Origin: Chiloscyllium plagiosum
Lineage: Eukaryota
Reading direction: 5' to 3'
NCBI RefSeq assembly: GCF_004010195.1
Contig: NC_057720.1
Location: 24,550,746 to 24,614,745, forward strand
Length of the DNA stretch: 64,000 nt
Below are positions 1 to 13,243 of the stretch, piece by piece. The notes below the pieces were generated by a model. That model was not told where the DNA came from and ran no database searches. It saw only the letters and a program-made list of their open reading frames with translations. Numbering within the stretch: position 1 is the stretch's first letter; each line of letters begins with the position of its first letter. Position numbers and translations under genes: made by a program.

Positions 1-44
1 CGGGTCTCTGGCGCTGTGAGGCAGCAGTGCTAACCACTGTGCCA
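1..44 (-). mobile_element. HE1-type V-SINE 5' head (cut by window edge)
   Basis: Reverse complement tggcacagtggttagcactgctgcctcacagcgccagagacccg is a tRNA-like head with an A box; near-identical to the copy at 19621-19662. Confidence 0.8.
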
Positions 45-533
45 ATCTCCCTCCCGCTGCAATATCCTTTCAAGCCAGTCGGAGATGTCCTGCACCCTGG
101 CACCGGGCTGATACCACTCAGATACCACCATTCAGATACATCAACTCGATACAGTTACAGCATTGCAAGGAGGAACACACTACCACCTTCTCAGGGAACT
201 AACAACGGATAATAAATGCATTGCGAGCAACACACATACCATGGGAATGTTTTGTTTTAATGTAAGGGTAAACACATTCCAACAAATCACACTATGCTGT
301 TGTTGAATCCAAGGCAACAAATAAACCTAAAATGGTGTGGATAATGTAAAAGAACCATTTTGGTCAATTCAGAAAAGCAAAAGAAATAGAAACCATTCCT
401 TTTCTCAGACTTAGGAGGAGGAGCAATTGCCTCTGCACCCACAAAGAAACTTCAGCCCTGTGCATGGACCTTATACTCATAGAAATCAATAGCAAAGAAC
501 AAGATCCTTCAGCTCACAGGCACAGCACTTGCT

Positions 534-1009
534 CATAAGATCATAAGAAATAAGAACAGGAGTAGGTCATTTGGCCCTTGAGCCTGCTCTGCCATTCAAT
601 GGGATCATTGCTGATCCAATTCCTCACATCCACTTTGCTGTCCGTTTCCTATACCCTTTATTTCTCTACCAATCAATAATATATCTATCTCAGCCTTAGA
701 TATTCATGAGGACTCTACCCTCAGAACTCTCTGTGGCAAGGAGTTTCAAAGACTAACAACCCTCTAAGGAAAGAAATTGTTCCTCATCTCAGTCTTAAAT
801 TGGTGCTCCATAATTCTGAGAATATGCCCTCTGGTCCTAGATTCTCCAGGGAAATGTCTTCTCAGCCCCTGAAGAATCTTATACATCACAATAAAAATCG
901 CTTCTCATTCATCCAAACCCAAATGAGTACAGGCCCAACCAGTTTAACCTTTACTCATAAAACAATTCCTGTACACCAGGGATCATCCTTCTGAATTTTC
1001 CCTGAACTG
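534..1009 (-). mobile_element. CR1 LINE 3' fragment
   Basis: (cataaga)n tail plus 3' UTR hairpin ggagtaggtcatttggccc, followed by degenerate RT C-terminal sequence similar to other CR1 copies here. Confidence 0.7.
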
Positions 1010-1054
1010 TCAGAGCCAGTTTGGCTATAAATTGAATGATACAGAGATAGAGAA

Positions 1055-1292
1055 TAAAATAACTCCACAGAGGCCTGTATCCCATCAACAAGTCACCCTT
1101 TATTTACATGTGGAGAGTCCTTGACACTGATCTTGCTCCCTCAGAGCCTGCTCTGATGGTGAACGGACCCTCTCACACTCCTCTCTTTATCTGTCAGCCA
1201 GGACTCCCTGAGTGGCCTAGATTAACTGCCCCAATCAGGGAACTCATATTCTATGAGGTCTGCCTGGCTGACCTTGTTACAATCACTTTACA
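1055..1292 (-). mobile_element. Probable short solo LTR
   Basis: Minus strand starts TGT and carries a TATA-like gataaag and an AATAAA (tttatt on + near 1099); a CCAAT lies on + near 1231. No convincing TSD. Confidence 0.45.
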
Positions 1293-1339
1293 AAGAGCAA
1301 ACTAAAAAGACAGATAGGATAAGTAAAAAGTATAGGATG

Positions 1340-1740
1340 TTATGGCTTATGGAGGATGCTGAAAACATTCAAGAGAATGGGTCCTAGACATGAGAAACTT
1401 CAATTGGTGAATTTGGGACTGTTCTCCTTGCAGAAAAAAAGATCATTTGATAGAGATTTTCAAAATCATGAGAGGTTCTGACAGGGAGAAACTGTTCCCA
1501 TTGGTGGAAGGAAAGAGAATCAGAAGGCATAGCTTTAAGATAAAAGAAGCAATCGGTAAATAAGGAAAACTGTTTTACACAGTGAATGGTTAGGTTCTGG
1601 AATGCACTGCATGATAAAGTGCTGAAGGCAGGTTCAACTGCAGCATTCAAGAGGAGGTTAGAATATTATCCAGTAAAAGGAAGGATGGGAAAAGCTGTGG
1701 GGAGGAAGTGGAAGAATAGGTCTTGGTGAATTATTTCTTC
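1340..1740 (+). mobile_element. Degenerate CR1 LINE 3' fragment
   Basis: Resembles CR1 ORF2 C-terminus (gatcatttgatagagattttcaaaatcatgagagg ... ttctggaatgcactgc). Confidence 0.6.
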
Positions 1741-2533
1741 AACAAGCCTTCTTCCATCCTGTTACCATTCTGTGGTTCTCCATTGGAAAGGTGGAAAGGA
1801 CACACATGGTAGATAGAATAAATTGAAATGGAGGATCAGAGTGGATAGATCGGCAGAAGGAGGAACTGCAGGATAAATACACAATAAATTCACAAGATCC
1901 ACAATAAATACATCATAAAAGTTGGAGTAATCAAAAGAACAAAAAAGTATTTATCAAATATTACCCGGGTGGATTTGCTTCTTTCTTTAAGAAAATTATG
2001 CCAGGTTAATGCAAATTTTATCACTTAATATAAAGGATTCTCCCCTCATTGCTGACTATAAATCATTTTTCATTATAAAAGATTATAAAATTCTCTAAGG
2101 AAATGGATGGATCCTGGGGAATTATCCCATTTTCTCACATCCTTTACTATAATGAATACTGAACCCATCATATATCTTACCATTAAATTAGGGGGCAAAG
2201 AAACTCATGAAAATGTTCACACACATCTAAGCTTTATCCTGATAAACTACAAACACAAATGTATCTTCAAGGAATTTCTTGTGCAATCAAAATAACATTG
2301 TTTACAGCTTGTAGTGGAACAGAGAATTCTCAAATGGCTGCATTCACACTCCAATGCAAAACAGCAGCAGCTGTTCAGTATAATGAGTACTCTCCCTTTC
2401 ACCTTTAAAATAGGTTCACTTCAAGTTCAGAAAATGGCAACTTGGATGTAAATAGCAAATGAATCGCGGTATTGGAATTCACAGAAGTCCACATGCATTC
2501 CGATAATGTAATACACTGTTTGTAGAATCCTGA

Positions 2534-2769
2534 CAATGTGGAAACAGGCCCTTCAGCCCGTAAAGTCCACACTGACCCTCCGAAGAGTATCCCACCCAAA
2601 CCCATTTCCCTACCCTGTTACTCTACATTTACCCCTGACTAATGCATCTAACCTACACATCCCTGAATACTATGTGCAAACTCCACACAGACAGTCAGCC
2701 GATGCTGGAATTGAACCTGGGTCCCTGGCGCTGTGAGGCAGTATGCTAACCAGTGAGCCACCATGCCAC
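2534..2769 (-). mobile_element. HE1-type V-SINE, internally deleted
   Basis: Same head and tail as the 19362 and 20368 copies, with the central V domain largely missing. Confidence 0.8.
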
Positions 2770-4682
2770 TGTTATTCTTCTGAAAATCAGGTGATAACGG
2801 TTGAAAATTGTGTCAATCTTTTAGAAGCATTTATGAGCAAAGGCACATTTTATAAGCATATACCTCCTAACCCAACAGCTGTATTTCCAATATGTTTTTA
2901 CCAAGAAGGGTGAAAGTGATTCCCCAATGTTCATCATCTGCACAAAAGTAAATACACTGACCTCTACACTCATTCTGGAAATAAAATATACTGATTTTCA
3001 CCTTCACTTTGGGTATGTAATACACTTTGATACATCATGGCTATTAAAAGTGTAATACAACGATAAAAGTGTCTCAACTACAGTTACTGGTGATGGAATT
3101 CACTGCGGTAACTCATAGCGATGGAAAACAATAGAAAATGAAACCTAACATTGTTCAAAAGAATTTACAGTACAAGAACAGGCCATTCAGCCCAACCATC
3201 TCCAAACTTTCTTCATCCATTCCCTTCAAATGTCCTGACATTCTTTACTACTTCGTGTATCTAGATGTCCTTGTAAATGCACTTCTGCTAACCATTTCAA
3301 CTTCTATTTCTGTTTGACAATTCCACAATTTAACATTTTTTCTGAGAAAGAAAGTTCTCCTAATTTGCCTGCTTTATTTGGTTTTATTTATTTAATCAGG
3401 AAAGGCCAGCATTTATTGCCCATTGAGAAGTTGGTGGTGAGCTGACTTCTTGAACTGCCACTGTTGGATGGTGCTATTACATAGGAACAAAGGAACTGAT
3501 ACTGGATAGGCAGTCCAGTCGCTTGAGCTTCCTCCACTATTTGGTACGATCAGGGCTGATCTTATCCCACTCTCCATACTTCAACCCATTACTATTAAGA
3601 AGCTGTCTGTTTCCTCCTTAAACGTACTCAATTAGGAAGAGAGTTCCAATATTTTGATCTGGTGACAATGGATGAATATCATTTCCAGTTGGGATGTGTG
3701 TGGCTTAGAGGGGAACCTATAGGTTGTGGTGCACTCATGAAGTTGTCATCTTTGTCCTCTGGTAGAGGTCATTTGCAATGTTTCCTGTAAACTGCATGTA
3801 TACATACATACACTTCATCATCTGCCAGCCTAGAATTTCCATTCTGGTTTAAATGACTGCTCAGATGCAACAAAAATGGGAGGGAACACTGGTCATGGGT
3901 TTGCAATGCACTTGTCGAGGAAAGCTTGGAAAGTTGCTGTGATAAAGTTAGAGTTACGCAAGAAGCAGTGCACTTTGTAAATGGTACACACTGCATGCCT
4001 CCTTTGTAATAAGTATATCACCCCATCTTCTCAAATATAAATGGTCTATAAATTTTAAAATTGTGCTCATAATTCCCAAGACAAAATCATTTATGTAATT
4101 GTAAAAAACAGTGGTCCAAGCATTGAACCTTTGGGACACCACATTCCACCTATTAGACAAAAGTGAGGACCGCANNNNNNNNNNNNNNNNNNNNNNNNNN
4201 NNNNNNNNNNNNNNNNNNNNNNNNNNNNNNNNNNNNNNNNNNNNNNNNNNNNNNNNNNNNNNNNNNNNNNNNNNNNNNNNNNNNNNNNNNNNNNNNNNNN
4301 NNNNNNNNNNNNNNNNNNNNNNNNNNNNNNNNNNNNNNNNNNNNNNNNNNNNNNNNNNNNNNNNNNNNNNNNNNNNNNNNNNNNNNNNNNNNNNNNNNNN
4401 NNNNNNNNNNNNNNNNNNNNNNNNNNNNNNNNNNNNNNNNNNNNNNNNNNNNNNNNNNNNNNNNNNNNNNNNNNNNNNNNNNNNNNNNNNNNNNNNNNNN
4501 NNNNNNNNNNNNNNNNNNNNNNNNNNNNNNNNNNNNNNNNNNNNNNNNNNNNNNNNNNNNNNNNNNNNNNNNNNNNNNNNNNNNNNNNNNNNNNNNNNNN
4601 NNNNNNNNNNNNNNNNNNNNNNNNNNNNNNNNNNNNNNNNNNNNNNNNNNNNNNNNNNNNNNNNNNNNNNNNNNATCCAAAC

Positions 4683-6945
4683 TTAGAACAATACAGCACA
4701 GTCCAGGCCCTTCAGTCCTCTATGTTGTGCCGACCTTTTATCCTACTCTAAGATCAAACTGATTTTCATGCCTTTCATTGTACTATCTTCCATGCACCCA
4801 TCCAAGAGTTGGTTAAATGTCCCTAATGTATCTGACGCTAATACCACTGCTGGCAATGCATTCCACACACCTACCACTCAATGTAAAGAACCTACCTCTG
4901 ACATCTCCCTCAACCTTCCTCCAATCACCTTAAAATTTTATCTCCTCTGATAGCCATTCCTGCTCTGGGAAAAAAAGTCTCTGGCTATCCACTCTATCTA
5001 TGCCTCTCATCAGCTTGTACACCTCCGCTCATCCTTCTTCACTCCAGTGAGAAAAACCCTAGCTCCCTCAACCTTTTTTCATAAGACTTGCGCTCCAGCC
5101 CAGGCAGCATCCTGGTAAATCTCCTCTACATCCTTGCTATAATGTGGTGACCCAAACTGAACACAATATTCTAAGTGTGGTCCAACCAGAGCTGAGTAGA
5201 GCTGCAGCATAACCTCGCGACTCTTAAACTCAATCCCCCTGCTGATGAAAACCAACACACCATTTGCCTTCTTAACCACTCTATCAACTCGTGTGGCAAC
5301 TTTGAGGGATCTCTGGACATGGACACCAAGATCCCTCTGCTCCTCCACACTACCAAGAATTCTGTCTTTAACCCTGTAATCTGCATTCTGATTCAACTTT
5401 CCAAAATGAATCACTTCACACTTTTCCAGATCGAACTCTGTCTGCCACTTTTCAGCCCAACTCTACATCCTGTCGAGATCCCATTGCAACCTACACAGCC
5501 CACCACACTATCCATAACCCCACCAACCTTTGTGTCGTCAGCAAACTTACTCACCCACCCTTCCACTTCCTCATCCAAGTCATTTATAAAAATCACAAAG
5601 AGCAGAGGTCCCAGAACAGATCCCTGTGGAACATCACTGGTCACTGAGCTCCAGGCTGAATACTTTCTGTCTACCACCACCCTCTTCTATGCATCAGCCA
5701 ATTCTGTAGCCAGACAGCCAAATTTCCCTGTATCCCATGTGTCCTTACTTTCTGAATGAGCCTACTGTGAGGAACCTTTTCAAATGTCTTGTTAAAGTCC
5801 ATGTACACCACATCCACTGCTCTACTTTCATTAATTAGCTTTGTCACAAACAAAAAGAATTCAGCATGCTTTGTGAGGCATGGCCTGCCCCTCACAAAGC
5901 CATGCTGACAATCTCTAATCAAGCTATGATTTTCCAAGTGGTCATAAATCCTGTCTCTCAAAGTCCTCTCCAATAATTTGCCCACCACTGATGTAAGACT
6001 AATTGGTCTATAGTTCCCAGGATTATATCATTCCTTTTCTTGAACAAGGGAATAACATTTGCTGCCCTCCAATCATCTGGTACTACTCCAGTAGATAGTG
6101 AGGATGCAAAGATCATCACCATAGGCGCAGCAATCTCCTTCCTCGCTTCCTGTAGTAATGTTGGGTATATCCTGTCTGGCCAAGGCGACTTACCTATCCT
6201 TACGTTTTTCAAAATTGTCAGCACATCCTCCTTCTTAACATCAACCTGTTTGAGCATATCAGCCTGTTTCACACTGTCCTCACAAATGACGAGGTCCCTC
6301 TCACTACTAAATACTGAAGCAAACTGTTCATTATGGACCTCCTCTACCTCTTCCAACTCCAGGCACAAGTTCCCTCCACTATCCCTGATTGGCCCTACCC
6401 TGACTCTAGCAATTGTGTTGTTCCTCACATCGGTGTAGATTCCCTTAGGATTTTCCTTAATCCTACCCACTAAAGCTTTTTCATGCCCCCTTCTCGCTGT
6501 CTTAAGTCCATTCTTTACTTCCTTCCTGGCTACCTTTTAACCCCGTAAAGCCTTGTCTGATCCTTGCCTCCTCAACCATAAGTAAGCTTCCTTCTTCCTC
6601 TTGACTAGATGTTCCACATTCTTGTCACGCACAGATCTTTCAACCTACCATCCCTTCCTTGCCTCAGTGGGACAAACCTGTCCAGCACTATCAGCAAGCG
6701 CCCTCTGAACAACCTCCACATTTCTGTCGTGCATTACCCTGAGAACATCTGTTCCGAAATTAGGCGCCTCTGTTCCTGTCTAATCGCATTGTGATTTTCC
6801 CTCTCCAATTAAGTACTTTCCCATACTGTCTGTTCCTATCCCTCTCCGATGAGTAAAGTAAAGGTCAGGAAGTTGCGATCACTATCACCAAATGCTCTCC
6901 CACTGCGAGATTGGACACCTGGCATGGTTCGTTGCCAAGCACCAA
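4683..6945 (-). mobile_element. CR1 LINE ORF2 (RT) with frameshifts, 5' truncated
   Basis: Consecutive minus-strand ORFs encode QHGFVRGR, VDVVYMDF, VPQGSVLGPLLF, KFADDTK and HLEYCVQF. Confidence 0.95.
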
Positions 6946-6964
6946 ATCAAAATAAAACAGGTTT

Positions 6965-7125
6965 TATTTGGTCACTATGATGTTACTCTTTGTTGAAGCT
7001 TGCTGTGACCAAATTAGCTGCCACGTTGCTTATATTCCAACTTCAAAAATACTTAATTGGCAGTAAATTGTGATGAGATATCCCGAGGTCACGGAAAGGT
7101 TCTGCATAAATGCATTTCTTTCTTG
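6965..7125 (+). mobile_element. Deu-domain SINE remnant (SacSINE/AmnSINE-like)
   Basis: gaagcttgctgtgaccaaattagctgcc...acttcaaaaatacttaattggc...tgcataaatgca matches the Deu core and tail as recalled. Confidence 0.55.
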
Positions 7126-8349
7126 AGAAATTGCAGTTTGCAACTTAAAGCCACAGTATCATTAGAGGAATTGTTACAGTGATCTGTATTATTGGGACTA
7201 TCCCCTCATCAGACCTTATACAAAGCCAGAGATCTGTGTAGAGGACCAAGCGAAAACCACTTGTGCATCTGAAGCGAGGTTAGAATAATACCGAAAAAGT
7301 AATCGTTCCTTTTCTGAAACTTTCTAGTTATCTAGCGTCTTGAAACCCCATGAATTGGGAGTGTACTAATGAATGATAGCATTGCCTTCATCAATCTCTG
7401 ACATGTATGTATTGAATAATAGAGCATTAATCACTACAATGTTACTCTGTTTTCTGAACACTTACAGATACAATTCAGTTGGGAATGTTCAGCCTCAATT
7501 ATTATTGCCCCTGGACAGTAATAAAGCAGTTGTTGGAATCTAGATGTAAACATGGGTAGATGGAACACAGCGAGTGGTAAAAGGCAGTTGAATTATAATG
7601 TTTGCACACATACAACATATTGAAATAAGGTATTAGTGATTGGTTGAGCACGTTTCTTAGGCTTGATAAATCATCACTAACACCCACAAACTTTACATTT
7701 CTAACCCAATGCAATAAGGTGCTGGATTTCTTTTTCTACAAGTGAACACATGGCATTTATTTCCCTTTCTTTGGTCAAGATACTTGACTGTATAATTAAA
7801 AATTAAGTGTATGGACAGGAAAGAGACTGCTAGTGACCTCTGCTGGTTGTCCAGCATCAGACAGCTAACCTTTCTTTAATTTATTAACTTGAAATGAAAG
7901 CTTTTCTGGCATAATGTGCCATTTTTAAAGCATGTCCATGAATGAATCTATGTAATATGCTGAGGAAGGTAATGAAGGATCTGCCTGCAAACACTGGAAG
8001 GATACTACAGCTCAGAATGCTTCATGTAAGTAAGGCAGTATTGCAACAACAACATATGCTGCACTTACTGCCTTCAATCACAAGAGCTCACAAGAGTTCA
8101 CCCTACTGTTCAGGTGCTGCTGGCTTCTGAAATCTACTGTTAGTCATAGAGAATCAGTTATAAAATTAAAAAAACAAAGCTTGTGAGGTGGTGCCACAGT
8201 TAAATTAGTCCAAACACTGTAAGAGGAAATGGGCAAAGATAATAGCTCTAAGGAAAAAAACACAAGATAAGAAAGGAGCAAATTATACATGGCCAAGTTC
8301 ATCAGTTTGGGTAGATAGATTTAAAATAAATCACTCTGTCTGCACTTAC

Positions 8350-8480
8350 TCTTGGAGAATCTTACTATCAGTCGTTTGTGGGAATCCAAAATCCATCAAC
8401 TCATCCAAAAGTTCATAGACAATAACAAAGTTATCGCGAATACTTTCTTCCTCCACCTCTTTAAAATATTCTGTGAAAAC
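8350..8480 (-). CDS. ap1m: AP-1 mu coding exon 4 (VFTEYFKEVEEESIRDNFVIVYELLDELMDFGFPQTTDSKILQE)
   Basis: 131 nt, acceptor ccctcag, donor GA|gtaagt. Contains the adaptor medium-chain signature IRDNFVIVYELLDELMDFGFPQ; also visible in ORF 8346..8573. Confidence 0.97.
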
Positions 8481-9225
8481 CTGAGGGTGACACAAGTTAG
8501 AACCTTCAGAATGATTATCAAATGGTATCAAAAGAACAATGACTGAAGAGATAAATGGATAGTCAGGAGGCAATCATTATTTTCATGTGGTGGGGGGAGC
8601 GGAAACAGATAAACACGAAAGGGGAAAGAAGGTGGGTTTGGTTTGGAGCGTCAAATAGAGGGATTGGGATCAAGGTAAACAGAGGCTCAGAGGTGCTTGG
8701 CTGCACACACTGGAGGACAAAAGGGCATATGGGGAAGCCACATGGTGTCGGCAGTTGATGAATGCATTACACTGGTCAGCACCCACTGCTGATTATCCAC
8801 TTTCCATGATGGGAATTCAGCATTGGAGAGGGCACACAATATGCAGCAATGAATTAGTTGCCTGTTTTATATCCCTCCCCACTGCTCCAGAAATCCATTC
8901 TGCACTGTTCAGCCAACCTGTTTCTGAGGACCTGAAACATTAACTCTGATTCCTCTTTAGCCAGACCTGCAGAGCTTTTTCAGCAACTACTGTTTTGTTT
9001 CAGATTTACAGCATCCACAGTTCTTTTGGTTCTTAGTATTTAACTCACTGCCACATCTCTTTTGGGCATGTCTGCCTTGAAGAAGTTCTGTTCCTCCCTC
9101 TGACAGGAATTCCGCTCCAGTTTTATTTCCTGTCCACTGACATTAACTTCACTGTCACTCCTGATGTTTGACCAGGTATTTGCTAAACCTTGTTTCCATA
9201 GCCACATCACACTCTTCAGTGACTA

Positions 9226-9309
9226 ACCCTGATGATAGAGCTGTGCTCTGAAAGCTGGTGCTTCCAATTAAACCTGTTGGACTATAACCTGGTGTTGTGT
9301 CATTTTTCA
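9226..9309 (+). mobile_element. 84-bp hammerhead-headed PLE-derived insertion with 12-bp TSD-like repeat
   Basis: CTGATGA-t-AGAGC-tgt-GCTCT-GAAAGCTG at 9229-9257. Flanks are cttcagtgacta (9214-9225) and cttcagtaacta (9310-9321). Confidence 0.7.
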
Positions 9310-11351
9310 CTTCAGTAACTACCTCTGGCTCAGACTCACCTCAAATGGATTCCAAATGAAGTTTCATCCATTGTGCTTTGAATCCACCCAGGATCATAAG
9401 TATCTCTGTGATGTTAGGCATTCTACAGACAGTTGCTCTCACCGCATCCTGAGATCCACACTCAGTACCATGCAGTGTCACTCACTCACACACACACACA
9501 CACTCTCTTGACCTCTCTCTCCAACAGCATCACATCACACTGACTCAGGGCTGCACCAGTCCGCAGTTCCACTTCATCCTCTAGTTCATTCACCACACTA
9601 AGTAGAAACTTTTCCTTTTCCTTTCAGGCATCAAGACCCACAATTTGCAACAACTCAGAGGTACACATCACCCTCTGGAATCTTCCTCCACTTCCCTTCC
9701 TCCTGACTGTATCCCTTCTCCCAACCCCAACTCCTGTCAGGTATTCACCATTCCTCCTAACCTTCCGTTCTCCGATGCTGAACAGTCTGTATTCAGCAAG
9801 GGTCTCAGCTTTATCCTTCTGCATCCCCACCTTAATGAATTTTGGGCATGACGTCAAACTCTCCTTGTCATCCTTCCCCCGTCCCACAGACCCCTTTGCC
9901 CAGTTCCAACACTCTCCCTCTGGCCTTTTACCTGCACTCGATCTGTTCATTGGGAACTGTCAAAATAACATTGGTCGCCTCAATTTCTCTGCCACCCCCT
10001 CACCCAATCCACCTATCTCCCTCTGAACTGACTGCATTCTGTGTGCTCAGATGCAACTCCGACTTTGTTATTAAGCCTGTCGATAAGGGTGGTGCTGTTG
10101 TAGTCTGGCCTTACATTGCAGAGGCTGAGCACCAGCTCTCAGATACCTCCTCCTATCTCCCCCGGACCATGACCCCCTCCATGACACATCAGGCCAATGT
10201 ATTGTCACTGACCTAATTTCATCCAGTGATCTCTCTCCCACTATCTCTAAGCTGATAGTCCCGCAGCCCGTCACAGTTCACTTCTACCTCCTTCCAAAAC
10301 TCCACAAACAGGACAGCCCAGATAGACCCATTGTTTCAGCTTGCTCCTCACCTCTTCCTTTCTTGACTCAGTCTTTTCCTCCTGATCCAGTCCCTGCTGA
10401 TGTACATCCACTTTACGCCAGTTTCTGAATTTCCAGTTTGCAGGCACAAGCTACCAGCTCTTTTCCACAGATGCACAATCCCTTTACACATCCATCCCCC
10501 ATGTGGATGGTCTCAGGGTTCTCCACATCTTCCTGGAGCAGAGGCCTGATCTGTCCCCATACACCATCCCCTTCCTCCATTGGCCAAACTCATCCTCACC
10601 ATCAACAACTTCTCTTTTACCTCCTCTCTTTTTCTTCAGGTCAGAGGGACGGCCATGGATACCAGCATGGGCCCCAGTCAGGCCTCTTTGTGGGGAATGT
10701 GGAACATTCCTTGTTCCAATCCTTTTCCTGCCCCCAACCACAAGGAAGTTGCCGAGAGTGGAGGTTGGGTTGGTGGGGGGTGTGGATCTGATTGCAGGGG
10801 AAGGTGCCGAGAGTGGAGGTTGGGTTGGTGGGGGATGTGGACCTGATTGCAGGGGAAGGTGCTGGGAGTGGTTGCAGGGGAAGGTTTAAACCACTTCTGG
10901 CACCTTCCCCTGCAACCGCAAGAAGTGCAAAACTTGCGCCCACACCTCCCCCCTCACCTCCCTCCAAGGCCCCAACAGATCCTTCCATATCCATCGCAAA
11001 TTCATCTGCACCTCCACACACATCATTTACTGTATCCGCTGCACTCAATGTGATCTCCTCTACATTGGGGTGACAGGCCGCCTACTTGCGGAACGTTTCA
11101 GGGAACACATCTGGGACACCCGCACCAACCAACCCAACTGCTCCGTGGCTAAACACTAACTCATCCTCTCACTTTGCCAAGGACATGCAGCTCCTTGGCC
11201 TCCTCCATCGCCAGACCTTGACCACACGATGCCTGGAGGAAGAGCGCCTCATCTTCCGCCTAGGAACCCTACAACCACACGGGATGAATGTAGATTTCTC
11301 TAGCTTCCTCATTTCCCCTCCCCCACCGTATCNGCTTGGCACACCAGCCTC

Positions 11352-11447
11352 ATTCCTGAAGAAGGGCTTATGCCCGAAACATAGATTCTCCTGCTCCTTG
11401 GATGCTGCCTGGCCTGCTGCGCTTTTCCAGCACCACACTTTTCAACT
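11352..11447 (+). mobile_element. Short PLE terminal repeat with minimal hammerhead motif
   Basis: CTGAAGA-a-GGGC-ttat-GCCC-GAAAC-ATA (11356-11383), followed by the gctgcctggcctgctgcgcttttccagca tail. Confidence 0.75.
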
Positions 11448-12209
11448 GTAGCCATTAATAGTCTCCATTAATAGCTATTCACCCTTCCAGCCAGATCATT
11501 ATCCACTCATTTATCTGTCCAACTATTCTCTCTCTTTGGACTCTATCCGTACCTATCGTTTCCTCCTTACTCCCTCCCTCAATCCTACCTTTTGCACATA
11601 AACCAACATTTTCCTCGCTACCATCAGTTCTGAGGAAGGGTCACCGGACTTAAAAAGTTAACTCTGATTTCCCTTCACAGATGCTGCTAGATCTGCTGAG
11701 TTTTCCCAGCAACTTCTGTTTTTGTTTCTGTGTCTGAGAATGTTGAAAGCACAGGCGAGGTCACATAGTGAGAAACGAAGGCACAATGACTCAGCACAGT
11801 TAAGTCTCAGTTTGTAAAATCTTGCCCAGAATTGTGAATTGCTTTCCCAGGCACAGCTACAAGCATCCCAGGGAACAAAACAGAACTTCACGTCTGCGTG
11901 TCTCAGTCTGGGAGCAAACCCAGGGAATATTAGCAAAGCGATGCTAAAATCCAGATATTACTGTAGGAGGATGGGAGGTTGTGAGGAAACCAGTAAAGAT
12001 TTGGAGCACAGAATGAACCTGCAGGGGGCAGACATTATTAATTTAACCTTGAAAAGTGATTTGGTTAATTTCAGTTGCTCAGTCTTTAATTTACATTAAC
12101 TGCACTGTATTGGCAAATGCGTTGGGCTAGATTGGTCACTTAACAGAAAGGTTCAGGCCAGATAAAAAAAGACAGAAACAAATTGGTGCAAGGCAGAGGG
12201 AATCTGAGA

Positions 12210-12295
12210 GTTGAAAAGTGTGGCGCTGGAAAAAGCACAGCAGGTCAGGTAGCACCCGAGGAGCAGGAAAGTCGACGTTTCGGGCAAAAGCCCTT
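12210..12295 (-). mobile_element. Short PLE terminal fragment beginning at hammerhead helix II
   Basis: Reverse complement aagggcttttgcccgaaacgtcgactttcctgctcc; the CTGATGA core is absent. Confidence 0.75.
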
Positions 12296-13243
12296 ACAAG
12301 GAGTAAGAAAAACACTGGGAGTGCAAGGATTTTGCACACAGGTATTCAGCAGCTATTTATTACCAGCTCAGAAAATGATTTAAATCCGACTTGCTTTGAT
12401 TTATAAATGACACTGAAATCTCTCTGTTCCACAGACAGACTGTAACACATTCAGTTCTCCTTGAGAGAGATAGGTGACAAAGGGAAAGGAATAATATTTA
12501 TGGAGGACTGAGCAAATGTAGTGTGATTGACTGTCATACTAAAATGATTAAACATGACATGATCAGGTAGCATATGATGCAATGTTCAAAGTTGCCAAGC
12601 AAAGTTTAATACCAACCCATTTTCCTATCAAGTGACATGCAAAGGCATGAGCCAGATGGAATTCCTGCTGCTGAGAATGAAGCTAACAGTGCCAAGGAGG
12701 GAAATGAGGTGAAGGTGACTGAGACCACTGTGACAACATTAAAACGTAGTTAGAGGCCTGACAAGTGCAGTGAAACCTTGTAGCTGAGAATTGGAAAACA
12801 TTCCCTCTGACAGTCCATGGCAGAGCAAAGAGTACCAAGGCTGAACTGAAGGAAAGAACATTCTTAAAAAGTCTTTGTCATCCTGAGTCCTCCATATGAA
12901 GTCAGGCCTGACCCATAACACAATGATCTCCACCACAGACAGGGTGAGGAGACAGTTTTCAAATCCAACCCAGTTGGAATGGATTTTGAACGTTGTGCTG
13001 TTGGCACCAATCTGATCCATGCCAATTGACCAGCCAAACTTCCACCAAAAGTATCCAAATTGCTATGGCAACAGGAACATTTACACGCTGGCTGTAGCCT
13101 GGAAATATGGAAAGTGATGGTAGAGCTAAGTTCTTTCTATCATATGGCAGACCAGGCATCTGTCCCTCTCTTACCACCTGCCATTAGAGTACGTAAGAAG
13201 GACTTTCAAGTTGATGCTCAATTGGTTGACCATATTATGAATA

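Larger units (their letters stand above)
8923..11730 (+). mobile_element. Degenerate Penelope-like element (Neptune-type) with direct pseudo-LTR repeats
   Basis: Frameshifted RT pieces (VIKPVDKGGAVVVW, QVRGTAMDTSMGP) and a GIY-YIG-like region ending EERLIFRLGTLQPHGMNVDF. Similar terminal repeats lie at about 8925-9030 and 11630-11730. Confidence 0.8.

Noticed and set aside
4091..4762. Long ORFs in the track at 4091-4762, 30373-31093 and 54789-55904
   Set aside because: Their length comes from reading through N gaps; the real residues are CR1/PLE fragments or noise.
1..8349. ap1m exon 5 (expected YITQ...VSWRSEGIKY...)
   Set aside because: Not found by eye; it presumably lies left of the window or in the 4175-4674 gap.
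8923..8945. Apparent shared 12-nt helix II deletion (ctgaggacc) in the 8923 and 59690 copies
   Set aside because: At 59686 the sequence is aGGGTC-tgag-GACCC, so ctgagga is the helix II loop. Both are better read as copies starting inside helix II.
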